Of a stretch of 47,520 bases of DNA, positions 1 to 11,229 are shown in pieces. The stretch is from the NCBI GenBank assembly GCA_032718475.1, contig JAUCBJ010003068.1, forward strand, positions 1 through 47,520, in the 5' to 3' direction. Within the stretch, counting starts at the first letter, position 1. Each line of letters begins with the position of its first letter. Made by a program: the position numbers and the translations under genes. Below the pieces are notes generated by a model that saw only the letters and a list, made by a program, of their open reading frames with translations, was not told where the DNA came from and did not search any database. The DNA is from Nemertoderma westbladi (Eukaryota; Animalia; Xenacoelomorpha).

Positions 1-1241
1 CACTAATGCACCAACGGTTAATTGTATACCTGAAGGCCCTTTTGTATCTTTCTAAACTAACACGCGAAGTATATAACCGTTCGTATATATGAAGCCGTCC
101 GTATAGTCAACGTTTGTTTGTTATATATTGTGTCTCACCTTGGAAACTGAAAGATTGATATAATAGATATAATATCCATTTTGTAGAATGCGTATGGTGA
201 TACATTTACAGACTATAAAGGGAAAGAAAGAGATTGCGCCAGACCCCCTATGGGTGTCTAGCATGGCCTGTGGATATATGGGGTGAAGGATGAACCGGTC
301 GGCAGTCGGGATGCCTATTCATTCTGGCTTAGAGATAAAGGACTCTGTACCCGACTCCATTCTGTCCAGCTATCTGCCTGTCTGCACTTCCCGCAGTACA
401 GCAGTGCCGGTACTCGTCGGGCTGTCAGGTACAGATACCGTACCTCGCGCTGACAGTCTCCCCGGCAACCCGGCCTATCTACCTGGCCGTGATGTACCAG
501 TATCTAGCCGGTATCTACCAGCCGGTATCTACCAACCGGTATCGCTACGTACCCATTCCCCGCCTACCCGGCCTACCTACCTGGCCGGGCGTCCGCCAAT
601 ACATTGCCCTACCTATATACTGACTGACTGACGTACCGGTACACTTTACCTGCTTTGTGTTATATATATACATATATATCTATGTATTCCTATCGTTGTG
701 TTGTGAACTGATATGCCCTTGCTTGAATCATATATATCAGTATATAGTAAGCCTATGTAAAGGAACTATATCTATATCGTTTTATACCGCCTCAGATACA
801 CTTCCACTCTGGCGCATACTGTATTTGCCTATCGTAATGTATTATTAATGTATACTGTATATCATTCGTATTTGGGTCAATCATTTGTGGTGATTCTGTT
901 ACAGTTTATACTGTAGCTTGTGTACCGTACCGGTATGCTGCGTGTGGCTACTGTGCAGTAAGGAGGGTATCGTTAGGAATTATTTGTTGACTCAAATATC
1001 CGTCCCATAATATGAACTCTGTACCCCATCATGAATAAAACGAAAGAATACGACTTTCATTGTACCAAAACTCTTTAAAATTAATATTTTCCAATAAATA
1101 AACAAAGCATTTGTTGTTCTACAGTATAACATATAAGTTTACTGTAATTTTGTAAAAGCAAAGTAAAAATTAAAAAAAATTCCGTATCAGTGAAAAATGC
1201 CTCTAATCCTTTTTAATGATTCCTGTAGAATGGCAAAGTCG

Positions 1242-1871
1242 CTATTCCAAACTAACTAATGTTGTATCCTTAGCCTCCCGCGCTGGACGTATCATTCTTG
1301 GACTGCGTTTTGATGCATTATTCATTATAACCATAAACTCTTGTTTCCTCCCGTCTCTCCCAGCTGCAAACTCATTGTACAGACTGATCACAATCAGAAG
1401 GCAGAAGAAAGCAAAGGCTCGTTTCACTATGACAATGAAGATTCCGTTTCGTGTCATCCATTCGATGGTATGATTCGACGTATCATTGGTTTTGACGACG
1501 GACAAATTTTGCTCACCATCTCCCCCTACGTTTTGGTATACGATGCGACCAATATGAAAGGCAAGTCCAAGGCAGGTGACAATTATCCACGGTAGCAGTA
1601 GCCGGTAGCTGTTGCGAGTGATAGCAATAATTCCTATGATCGTCACAATCATCCCGAATATGGTGAGTATGAGGCTGGTAGTATCTAAGGGATTGTTTGA
1701 TATGGTCTCTGATACATGGCCAGCTGTTACATTTTTCATCTTATCCGCACTCGACTCTAAAGCAAAGTATGTGATAACTAAGGAGCTTGTAAAACTCAAT
1801 AAATCGATCCCAAATATAATCTGAGATCCTGTGCGGAGACTGAAACAGCAACAACTCTTAAAGATTGCCAT
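1242..1871 (-). CDS. Intronless four-transmembrane protein, LAPTM / DUF4728-like invertebrate family (209 aa)
   Basis: Open ATG-to-stop ORF; N-terminal CCCFSLRTG..II motif, four hydrophobic segments, LLLPWII motif after TM2 and VISLYNE motif after TM4, as in invertebrate LAPTM-like tetraspan proteins. Confidence 0.7.
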   Translation of the reverse strand: MAIFKSCCCFSLRTGSQIIFGIDLLSFTSSLVITYFALESSADKMKNVTAGHVSETISNNPLDTTSLILTIFGMIVTIIGIIAITRNSYRLLLPWIIVTCLGLAFHIGRIVYQNVGGDGEQNLSVVKTNDTSNHTIEWMTRNGIFIVIVKRAFAFFCLLIVISLYNEFAAGRDGRKQEFMVIMNNASKRSPRMIRPAREAKDTTLVSLE

Positions 1872-2126
1872 GTTAATTAATGAATTACCATGTTACAATT
1901 ATTGCAATATAATTTATATATTTACTGTATATATATATAATCCATATAATTTATTTGTTTAGAGTCACTTTTTTGTCAAAAAAAAGTAAAAAAACTTTTC
2001 TTTAATGTTTAAATAAATATAGGCCTATGATCTACAGATAACAAATATTTTGATTTATATTTTGATATTAGAAAAATTAGCTATATAGTTAGCTATAAGC
2101 TATAAGTTAGCTATAAGTTAGCTATA

Positions 2127-2320
2127 TAGTCCAGTCAAAATAGGGCTCAACCTCGGATAAATTGCAACAGAATTTAATTTAACCAAGTTCCAACAACCCG
2201 ATTTGGGCCGATTTTGGATATGTTGATAAGCATAAAATTTGGGCCTAGAAAATATTAAATTAAATTCTGTTGCAATTTGTCCGAGGTTGAGCCCTTTTTT
2301 CGCCTATTTTGACTGGACTA
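2127..2320. mobile_element. MITE-like element with long imperfect terminal inverted repeats
   Basis: tagtccagtcaaaatagg (2127) is the reverse complement of cctattttgactggacta (ends 2320); inner arms ggctcaacctcgga..aattgcaacagaatttaatttaa also pair; ends lie on TA. Confidence 0.65.
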
Positions 2321-2430
2321 ATAGGCCCCTATATTTAAATAATAATAAATGCTGTGGGGCGAATATTATTTGTTATAGAAAATCTTTTGGAATTATAAGA
2401 ACAAACTGTAGCCACGGGCGAAACTTTCAG

Positions 2431-2535
2431 AACACAATACAGCTACGGGTGGACCTATAAGAAATATATTTATACTGTATATTTATATAATTATTTTGTT
2501 ATATTTTCAAATGTAGCCACGCCACGGGGGGGAAC
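2431..2535. repeat. 105-bp direct repeat, copy 1 (copy 2 at 3717-3821)
   Basis: aacacaatacagctacgggtggacc...gccacgggggggaac present in both places, offset 1286. Confidence 0.9.
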
Positions 2536-2541
2536 ACGGGG

Positions 2542-2842
2542 GGCTACATTTTGTTCTTATAGTTCCGCCCGTGGCTACATATTGTTCTTATAGTTCCGCC
2601 CGTGGCTACATTTTGTTCTTATAGTTCCGCCCGTGGCTACATTTTGTTCTTATAGTTCCGCCCGTGGCTACATTTTGTTCTTATAGTTCCGCCCGTGGCT
2701 ACATTTTGTTCTTATAGTTCCGCCCGTGGCCACATTTTGTTCTTATAGTTCCGCCCGTGGCTACATTTTGTTCTTATAGTTCCGCCCGTGGCTACAACTT
2801 GTTCTTATACAGTAGTTCCGCCCGTGGCTACATTTTGTTCTT
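2542..2842. repeat. 31-bp tandem repeat, ~9.5 copies
   Basis: Unit gtggctacattttgttcttatagttccgccc repeated head to tail with no spacers; reverse-complement unit fragments at ~2408 and ~3841. Confidence 0.95.
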
Positions 2843-3707
2843 TATTTTTTCTTTTTATACCAAATTTTTTAAATATATTATTCAACGATATCAAAATAGT
2901 TTACGGAAATATAACACACAACTCAACAAATCGTCCCTTTCATTTTCAAACAACCTAAATGACAAAATTGACTTTTCTGTAAAACGGCATTTTCGATTCT
3001 AATTTTGTTTGAAAGTAATATTCCAGGATTTTGGTCTTATTTACTTTTAAATCCATTAAATGTGACGATTTTAAACAAGAACAGTTTTGGTATTGGAAAT
3101 ATGTAACATATTAGGTAGGAAACTATGTATAGGGATATAGGTTGTTTCAAAAAAAATTATTATTACATTTTTTACAATGATTACTCAAAAAGCATTAAAA
3201 CCCTTAAGACAAATTCGATTATTAAGTTTTAAAAATATAATTCAAATCTCCCCCTATCATAATAAACAACAATTTTACCTCCTGATTCGTTGTTTCCAAT
3301 TTTATATCAACGTTTCCCGGGCTTACCCTATTTATAATAGTAAAATGTGTTATATAGGTTGTTTTAAAAAACATTTCGTTATCATGCAGTCTATGCAAAA
3401 CTGGCATATAGGTGGTTTTGAAACGATAAATATCTCAGTTATACGTGGGAGTATGGCCTTCTAAGTGTGTTAATCGGATTCAGAATATATTTTAACATAA
3501 AGAAATGCAGAAATATCCATTTCGGCAAAAATGGCATATAGGTGGTTTCTAATTGAAAGGGACGAAATAATGTAATTCAAATATTGCTAGCTATGGGCGT
3601 GCACCGGTACTGATAGGGGTATAGAGAATAAACACAATACAAATACAAAAAGGCATAGAGAATAAAAGCTACATGCATGGAAACTACATTTTGCTACAAA
3701 TGATACA
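2561..3707. repeat. ~1.15 kb local duplication, copy 1 (copy 2 at 7325-8471)
   Basis: Constant offset 4764; the ORF track gives identical translations at 2757/7521, 3177/7941 and 3222/7986. Confidence 0.95.
2932..3564. mobile_element. Non-autonomous TIR DNA transposon with 4-bp AAAT target duplication (Sola1-like)
   Basis: aaat|cgtccctttca ... tgaaagggacg|aaat; ~30-bp imperfect TIRs; internal repeats of tataggt(t/g)gttt. AWWT target duplications are characteristic of Sola1; the family call is inference. Confidence 0.6.
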
Positions 3708-3716
3708 CAATACACC

Positions 3717-3821
3717 AACACAATACAGCTACGGGTGGACCTATAAGAAATATATTTATACTGTATATTTATATAATTATTTTGTTATATTTTCAAATGT
3801 AGCCACGCCACGGGGGGGAAC
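3717..3821. repeat. 105-bp direct repeat, copy 2
   Basis: Matches 2431-2535. Confidence 0.9.
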
Positions 3822-3990
3822 TATGAATAAAATGAAAATTTTGCTACGGGCGGAACTCCAATCAATAATGAATTTTGCATTACAATCCTTAGCGCTGATA
3901 ATTATTCAAAAGTCATTTAATATTCAACGATATTACAATTACCCACATTAAGCCCTAGGCCCTACCTGGTACTGGTTCAGTACCGCATAT

Positions 3991-5165
3991 CCCCATACAC
4001 CCCGTACATCTCATACACCCCATACACACCATTACACCCCAAACACCCTATACACCCCGTACACCCAAAACACCCCATACACTTCATTACATCCCATACA
4101 CCCCTTACATCCCATACACTCCATTACACCCCAAACACCCTATACACCCCGTACACCCTATACACCCCATACATCCCATACACCCCATACACTCCATTAC
4201 ACCCCATACATCCCATACACCCCATACATCCCATACACCCAATACACTCCATTACACCCCAAACACCCTATACACCCCGTACACCCCCCCCCAACCTCAT
4301 ACATCCCATACACCCCATACACTCCATTACACCCCATACATCCCATACACTCCATTACACCCCATACACCCCATACTCCCAATACACTCCATTACACTCC
4401 AAACACCCTATACACCCCGTACACCCCATACACCCCATACACCCCATACATCCCATACGCCCCATACACCCCATTACACCCCATACACCCCATTCACCCC
4501 TTACACCCCATACACCCCATTCACCCCTTACACCCCATAACTCCATTACATTGCAAACACCCCATACACCCATACACCCTATACACCCATACACCCCATA
4601 CATCCCATACATCCCAAACACCCCATACACCCCATACATCCCATACATCACATACACCCATACACCCCATACACCCTATACACCCATACACCCCATACAC
4701 CCCATACACACCCCAAACATCCCATACACCCCATACACCCCTTACACCCCATACACCACATACAACCCATACACCCCATACATCCCATACTCCCCATACA
4801 TCCTATACACCAATACACCCCATACACCCCATACACCCCATACATCCCATACACCCATACACCCTATACACCCATACACCCCATACATCCCAAACACCCC
4901 ATACACCCCATACACCCCATACATCCCATACACCCCATACATCCGTACACCCCATACACCCCATACATCCCATACACCCCATACACCCATACACCCTATA
5001 CACCCATACACCCCATACATCCCATACACCCCATTACACCCATACACCACATACATCCCATACACCCCATAAACCCATACACCCTATACACCCATACACC
5101 CCATACATCCCATACACCCCATACATCCTATACACCCATACACCCCATTACATCCCATACACCCC
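3991..5165. repeat. C/A-rich degenerate minisatellite built on 8-10 bp units (caccccata / catcccata / cacccata)
   Basis: ~1.17 kb almost devoid of G on the + strand; it generates the TPY/GVY/MGC pseudo-ORFs. Confidence 0.95.
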
Positions 5166-5873
5166 AACATGTTTATTATTTAACAATAATAGAAGAAGCT
5201 TTGATTTACGTTATTTATGGTTTTTTAATGTGACTTTCAACCAATACAACGACATACAGTACATGTACTGTAAGTCGTGGTAAAAAGTACACTTTTTTTT
5301 ACCACGACTTAAATAGTTATACCGATGACAACTTATTTAACATCTACAGAAGCAGCCTTAGGCACAGTAGGCTATAATTACAATTCAGGGTCAATATTAT
5401 TGTGCAATAGCTTGTGTGGCCAATTTTGAAAAGTGATTTTTGTTGGCTAGAGTTCCGTATAGAACTGCATTTTTAAAACATATGCCATTGTTACTATGCC
5501 AACATTGAAGAGTTCTAGAACAATAGAAAAGTATTATATACTATTCTAGAACATAAATAAAATAAAAAAATATAATGTTCTAGAACATACTAGTTTTTTT
5601 TTTAATTTTAAAATAGCTAGTAAATTAAAAAAAAAATATCCAATTTGGTAGATTAATTTTCTAGTAAATAAATAATATAAATAAATAATTTTTTTTGTAT
5701 TACTAGCTATTTTAAATTTGAAAAATAACTAGCTATATGTTCTAGAACATTATATTATTTGTATTATTTATGCTCTAGAATAGTGTATAATGCATATAAT
5801 ATTACATAAATAAAATAAAAAATAATATTGTTCTAAAACATATAGCTAGATCCTTTAATTTTAAAATAGCTAG

Positions 5874-6224
5874 TAAATTTAACAAATAATACAATTTGGT
5901 ACCGGTAGATAATTTTTTTAATAATAATATAAATAAATTATTAAGTAATTAAACAGGACTAACGATGATCCAACTCTATAGCAAATGGAGCGGAAAAAAT
6001 GAATTTGCCACCAGCGGGGATTGAACCCGCGTCTCCCGATAAACGTTCAGGTATGCTAACCACTAATACACGGAATGTAACACGGCGACTTCATTTTTTC
6101 CGCTCCATTTGCTATAGAGTTGGATCATCGTTAGTCCTGTTTAATTACTTAATAATTTATTTATATTATTATTAAAAAAATTATCTACCGGTACCAAATT
6201 GTATTACTGTATTTGTTAAATTTA
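5874..6224. repeat. Long inverted repeat: perfect 117-bp arms 5887-6003 / 6090-6206, extendable to 5874/6224
   Basis: Arms read as exact reverse complements; the outer extension needs one 5-bp indel (ctgta) in the right arm. Confidence 0.92.
6006..6087 (-). pseudogene. tRNA-derived sequence (tRNA-Asp-like pseudogene or SINE head)
   Basis: Minus strand: A-box-like tagtggttag, anticodon stem cctga/tcggg with a 7-nt loop, 4-nt variable loop agac, perfect T arm gcggg-ttcaatc-cccgc (B box). The acceptor stem is disrupted and the loop lacks U33/R37, so it is unlikely to be a functional tRNA. Confidence 0.7.
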
Positions 6225-7324
6225 GCCTACTACACTATTAGTCGTTTTTGAGTGTTTTTTTTGACATTGGTAAATGTTCTCGAACATTTGTAGATATTTT
6301 TTTATGGTAGCTAGTGTGTTTTTACTCGCTAGTATTTTGTGAAAATGTAAACAAAATTATAAACAAATAATATACACAGTAAACTATTATAATATCATCA
6401 ATATGTTTGGTTAATAATATATTCTGCAACAGTTTAAACCTGAAATAACAATGTTTTCACATTTTTTATATAATTTCAAAAAATACTAGCTAGTAAAAAA
6501 AACACTAGCTACCATAAAAGAGCATATCTACTAATGTTCTAGAACACTTACCAATATCAAAAATAACAATAATTGCCGTATTGTTTAAATTTCAAAAATG
6601 GTCACACACGTTATATATACCAACTGTAGCACCCCCACACACCCACATTTTTTTGTGTTTTCTAGTGTTTTTTTGACAATGGTGAATGTTCTAGAACCGT
6701 AGTAGATATTTTTTCAATAGTTAGTGCTAGTGAAACAGCTAGTGTTTTTTTTTACTAGCTTTTACTTTATTTACTTTTACTTTTTGTTAACATTATTAGA
6801 GTTAGTTTATGGTAGCTACTGTAGTATTTTTATGAAGCTAGTGAGTAATAATTATTTACGAGCTAGTAATAGTATGTATTTAAAATGTTTAAAACTGATT
6901 TTTTACTATGTTGCGTTTGTCAGTATGTCTGTATATGTGTTGTTGGTTGGTTAACAAGCTAAATTATTAACCTGCTAGAATTATGGCTGGATCTCATTTC
7001 AGTGTTTTTTGACAGGGACACTTTGCTGAATTTTGATTCAGAAAACTGTACACGATGTTCAAAAAATAGCAAACAATTTTTAATATAAGCTTAAACTGTT
7101 ATAATATCATCAATATTTTTGGTCATTAATATATTCTCAACAGTTTAGGCATAATTCTGAAATATAAATGATTTCACAAATTTTTTATAATTTCAAAAAA
7201 ATACTTAACTAGTAAAAAATCACGACAGTAGTAGCTACCTTAATAAACAATATCTAGCAATGTTCTCGAACACTTACCAATAACAAAAATAAAAAAAATA
7301 CCGTATATATTTTTAAAAGGTTGG

Positions 7325-8471
7325 AGTTCCGCCCGTGGCTACATATTGTTCTTATAGTTCCGCCCGTGGCTACATTTTGTTCTTATAGTTCCGCCCGTGG
7401 CTACATTTTGTTCTTATAGTTCCGCCCGTGGCTACATTTTGTTCTTATAGTTCCGCCCGTGGCTACATTTTGTTCTTATAGTTCCGCCCGTGGCCACATT
7501 TTGTTCTTATAGTTCCGCCCGTGGCTACATTTTGTTCTTATAGTTCCGCCCGTGGCTACAACTTGTTCTTATACAGTAGTTCCGCCCGTGGCTACATTTT
7601 GTTCTTTATTTTTTCTTTTTATACCAAATTTTTTAAATATATTATTCAACGATATCAAAATAGTTTACGGAAATATAACACACAACTCAACAAATCGTCC
7701 CTTTCATTTTCAAACAACCTAAATGACAAAATTGACTTTTCTGTAAAACGGCATTTTCGATTCTAATTTTGTTTGAAAGTAATATTCCAGGATTTTGGTC
7801 TTATTTACTTTTAAATCCATTAAATGTGACGATTTTAAACAAGAACAGTTTTGGTATTGGAAATATGTAACATATTAGGTAGGAAACTATGTATAGGGAT
7901 ATAGGTTGTTTCAAAAAAAATTATTATTACATTTTTTACAATGATTACTCAAAAAGCATTAAAACCCTTAAGACAAATTCGATTATTAAGTTTTAAAAAT
8001 ATAATTCAAATCTCCCCCTATCATAATAAACAACAATTTTACCTCCTGATTCGTTGTTTCCAATTTTATATCAACGTTTCCCGGGCTTACCCTATTTATA
8101 ATAGTAAAATGTGTTATATAGGTTGTTTTAAAAAACATTTCGTTATCATGCAGTCTATGCAAAACTGGCATATAGGTGGTTTTGAAACGATAAATATCTC
8201 AGTTATACGTGGGAGTATGGCCTTCTAAGTGTGTTAATCGGATTCAGAATATATTTTAACATAAAGAAATGCAGAAATATCCATTTCGGCAAAAATGGCA
8301 TATAGGTGGTTTCTAATTGAAAGGGACGAAATAATGTAATTCAAATATTGCTAGCTATGGGCGTGCACCGGTACTGATAGGGGTATAGAGAATAAACACA
8401 ATACAAATACAAAAAGGCATAGAGAATAAAAGCTACATGCATGGAAACTACATTTTGCTACAAATGATACA
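7325..8471. repeat. ~1.15 kb local duplication, copy 2 (includes 31-bp array 7325-7606 and Sola1-like element 7696-8328)
   Basis: Matches 2561-3707. Confidence 0.95.
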
Positions 8472-8559
8472 ATGAATTCATTAATACTATTCTACAGTAA
8501 GGGAGATGAAATATAAATAGGATCTATTAACAATCAATTAAGCATATCCCAGACAGGCC

Positions 8560-8927
8560 CACTTATTGATAGCACACCTACAATTGGGTGCCATTTTTCG
8601 TGAATTTGTGTCAGCCTATTATTTTTTTTGGCAGCTTCAACTTCATACCCACAGTATGAATCCTAACTAGCCTAGATATTAGACCATTATATTGTTAATG
8701 TAGGATTTTGTTTGAATTTTTCACAGACTATGTAGTATTTACCTATAAGAAAAAGTAAGTCAACTAAAGGGTTTGGCGTTATGATCAAGCCTAAAATAAA
8801 GTTAACTTTGTTAAATACAGATATAGTCTTGTTTTTCCAGGCACCATGATTTAACATCTTGCAAAAATGATTTTGTTTTTTCACAATCCCATAACAGATG
8901 TAGGATTGTCTCTTCATGTCTATTACA
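8560..8927 (-). mobile_element. 3' fragment of L1/Tx1-clade LINE ORF2 (decayed)
   Basis: Manual translation across frameshifts: CNRHEETILHLLWDCEKTKSFLQDVKSW (zinc-knuckle remnant), LLFLIGKYYI..K...P and EAAKKNNRLTQIHEKW, typical of L1/Tx1 ORF2 C-termini. Confidence 0.75.
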
Positions 8928-11229
8928 TATTTTCTGGGTAGTAAAAATACTAGCTAGTAAATAAACACTAGCTAACATAACAAAATATATCTACTAATGT
9001 TCTAGAACATTCAACAATATAAAAAAAAACAAAAAACAATAAAAAGTGACAGGTATAAAAAATGGCAGGGGGCGTCGACAGGGCGAAGTAGTAGGCTACC
9101 GCTTTGCTTTATACACATGGTATTAAATATACAGTTAACTACCGGTTGTATTCTGGAACACCCTATGGCAATGGAAACAAATCACTCTAGCTCTAAATAG
9201 GGAATCAGGCAAACACAATCCACACCGCCACTACAACCACTGGCATCTTAGCCTTGTACTACTGTACTGTTTTTACTATTGTATTGGTATTACTTTGTGC
9301 CTACTGTACTGTTAGTACCTCTCATTCCAAGATCATTTAGAGAGCGACACATAAGACACAATCACAGGAACTCGGTTGGGCTTTTAGATCCATATTCTGT
9401 ATGATGCTTCCATGTATGCTGTAGTACATAGTAGGCCGTTAAACCATTTATATTTGTTGTAAGTCACTTTTTTTTGTCAAAATCGTTAACAAGTTTGACA
9501 AAAATAACGAACCTGTCTTTAGACTGGGTAGTTCTTGTCAAGAGTTGAGCCGTTCAAAAACACGATGTGGCTATGTATGTGTGTATACCATCCAATATCT
9601 CAAAAACTCAAGCAGTTACGCAAAAATTGTAAACGCGATTATTTATCAATTAGTATCTAGTTGTTGAATAAAAAAATTGGGAACGATTCGATGTGCGATA
9701 TTCTAAATATTAGCATACTATCAACATTATGGAACGCGAAATTAAATACCCACAACTACACTTTTACAGCTGAACAATATTTCTCTACTTATTGTCAATT
9801 GGAGTTACCTATATTAATTATATCGTTAATTATTGTTCTACTGTATGTCTATTCAGTCAGTTAGACTAATGTCAAGCAATACATCATTTATATATCGTTA
9901 TAATACTGTCATCAACTCAGGCTAAGCGCAATTATAATGTAAAGGCTTAGTAGGAGGATATATCTGGGACGTTTACAACAGCTGTTGATTAAACTAACAA
10001 AACCAGAAAACTGAACCAGGGTGGCTGCCAGCCGGGTACCAACGGCTGTTGGGTAGACTTAATGGAAGATTTCACAAATTTTCATAGGGGGCTTGTATGT
10101 ACTATTATTAATATATTGTTATATTGGTTGCTCCGATGTTTTTATTAGGCTAACTGAGGATGTATTAGGTATAAATAATTCGTATTCTTTATTTTATTTA
10201 TCTAATACAGAAAGACCCCTCCTCAGAATAAACTGCTCTTTGGGACCGTTTCCCAGGTTACGGATATGGATAACATTTCATACATCGCAGTTATTGTGAT
10301 TATGATTTGTTTGCCTAGGCGAATGTGTATTACATTAGATGGGAGGCAGTTTTGTGGTTGATGCAAGTCATTCTTGGTTTGCATCTTCCAATCCCATCTG
10401 TTTCTTGGAGTCAGTTTAAGACAGGTTCGTTTAGCCATCTTGGTGGCGTTCTAGTAATAACTTTGCATTTAAATAGATAATAGATTATAGATTAAATAGA
10501 TAATTTCTAATACTAGCTAGTTTTTGCAAATTTTTTTCTAAATGTTAGGACACGTGTTAGCTATCAATTTTGATAAATATTTTTGTTCTAGAGCACATTT
10601 TTTTGTTGTTCTAGAACACATTTTTTATACTAGCTAGATTTTTCAACCTTTTTTTATATATGTTATAGAACACGTGTTATTTATGTTATCAATTTTGATA
10701 AATATTTTTGTTCTAGAACACATTTTTTTCTAGGACATTTTTTTGAAAAAATACCATGCTACTGTCACAAGGTGAAATACCGATATTTGTTCAAGAAAAA
10801 AACCTCATGATAAAAGCCTTTTTATATGAAAACATTTGGTCAAACTATGGGTACCCAAGGTATAGTAATGCCTGTATTTCACTATGGAAGAAGCTTCGAT
10901 GGACGATATTTATGCTGAAATAGGCCCAGATAAAAGTGAGAGAAGACTCACAACAAATAAAACAACGTAAGAGGTGGCAAAAAGTTACATTTTTTGACTT
11001 GCTCTCTTATTTGTCTCGCTACGATCGCCAAATAATAACGCTCGACAAAAGAAGCCACTAGCATTTTTTTGCCACCACTTAAATACTGTATGTAGTTATT
11101 AAAACCTCTAAGCAAAAATCCCACCATCACTCACCACACCCCCCTCCTACCTTCATTCACTCAAACAATTGCACAACAGACATTATCCTAACACAAAACA
11201 CAACCACAGAGCTATGAAGGAACACTGAA

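Larger units (their letters stand above)
5505..7320. repeat. AT-rich fold-back repeat family rich in ttctagaac / tagctagta motifs (further pieces at ~8940-9030 and ~10500-10740)
   Basis: Multiple mutually inverted degenerate copies, e.g. ~5530-5630 vs ~5690-5790 and ~6255-6345 vs ~6470-6570; ~6385-6570 resembles ~7100-7290. Confidence 0.65.

Noticed and set aside
139-179. Possible minus-strand first exon MDIISIISIFQFP followed by a gtgag donor
   Set aside because: Too short, no homology, and downstream exons would be outside the window.
290-631. 113-aa ORF
   Set aside because: Low-complexity sequence built from ccggta/ctacct words; no protein motif.
2542-2842. 31-bp array as CRISPR
   Set aside because: No unique spacers, no cas genes, eukaryotic context.
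4197-5072. GVYGMY / MGCMGC / TPYIPY ORFs as structural or metallothionein-like proteins
   Set aside because: By-products of a minisatellite open in several frames on both strands, with units not multiples of three.
6006-6087. Functional tRNA (nominal GTT anticodon)
   Set aside because: Broken acceptor stem and non-canonical anticodon loop; kept only as tRNA-derived.
10223-10450. Penelope GIY-YIG remnant on the minus strand (CLPSNVIH)
   Set aside because: One weak motif only; cannot be supported without a profile search.
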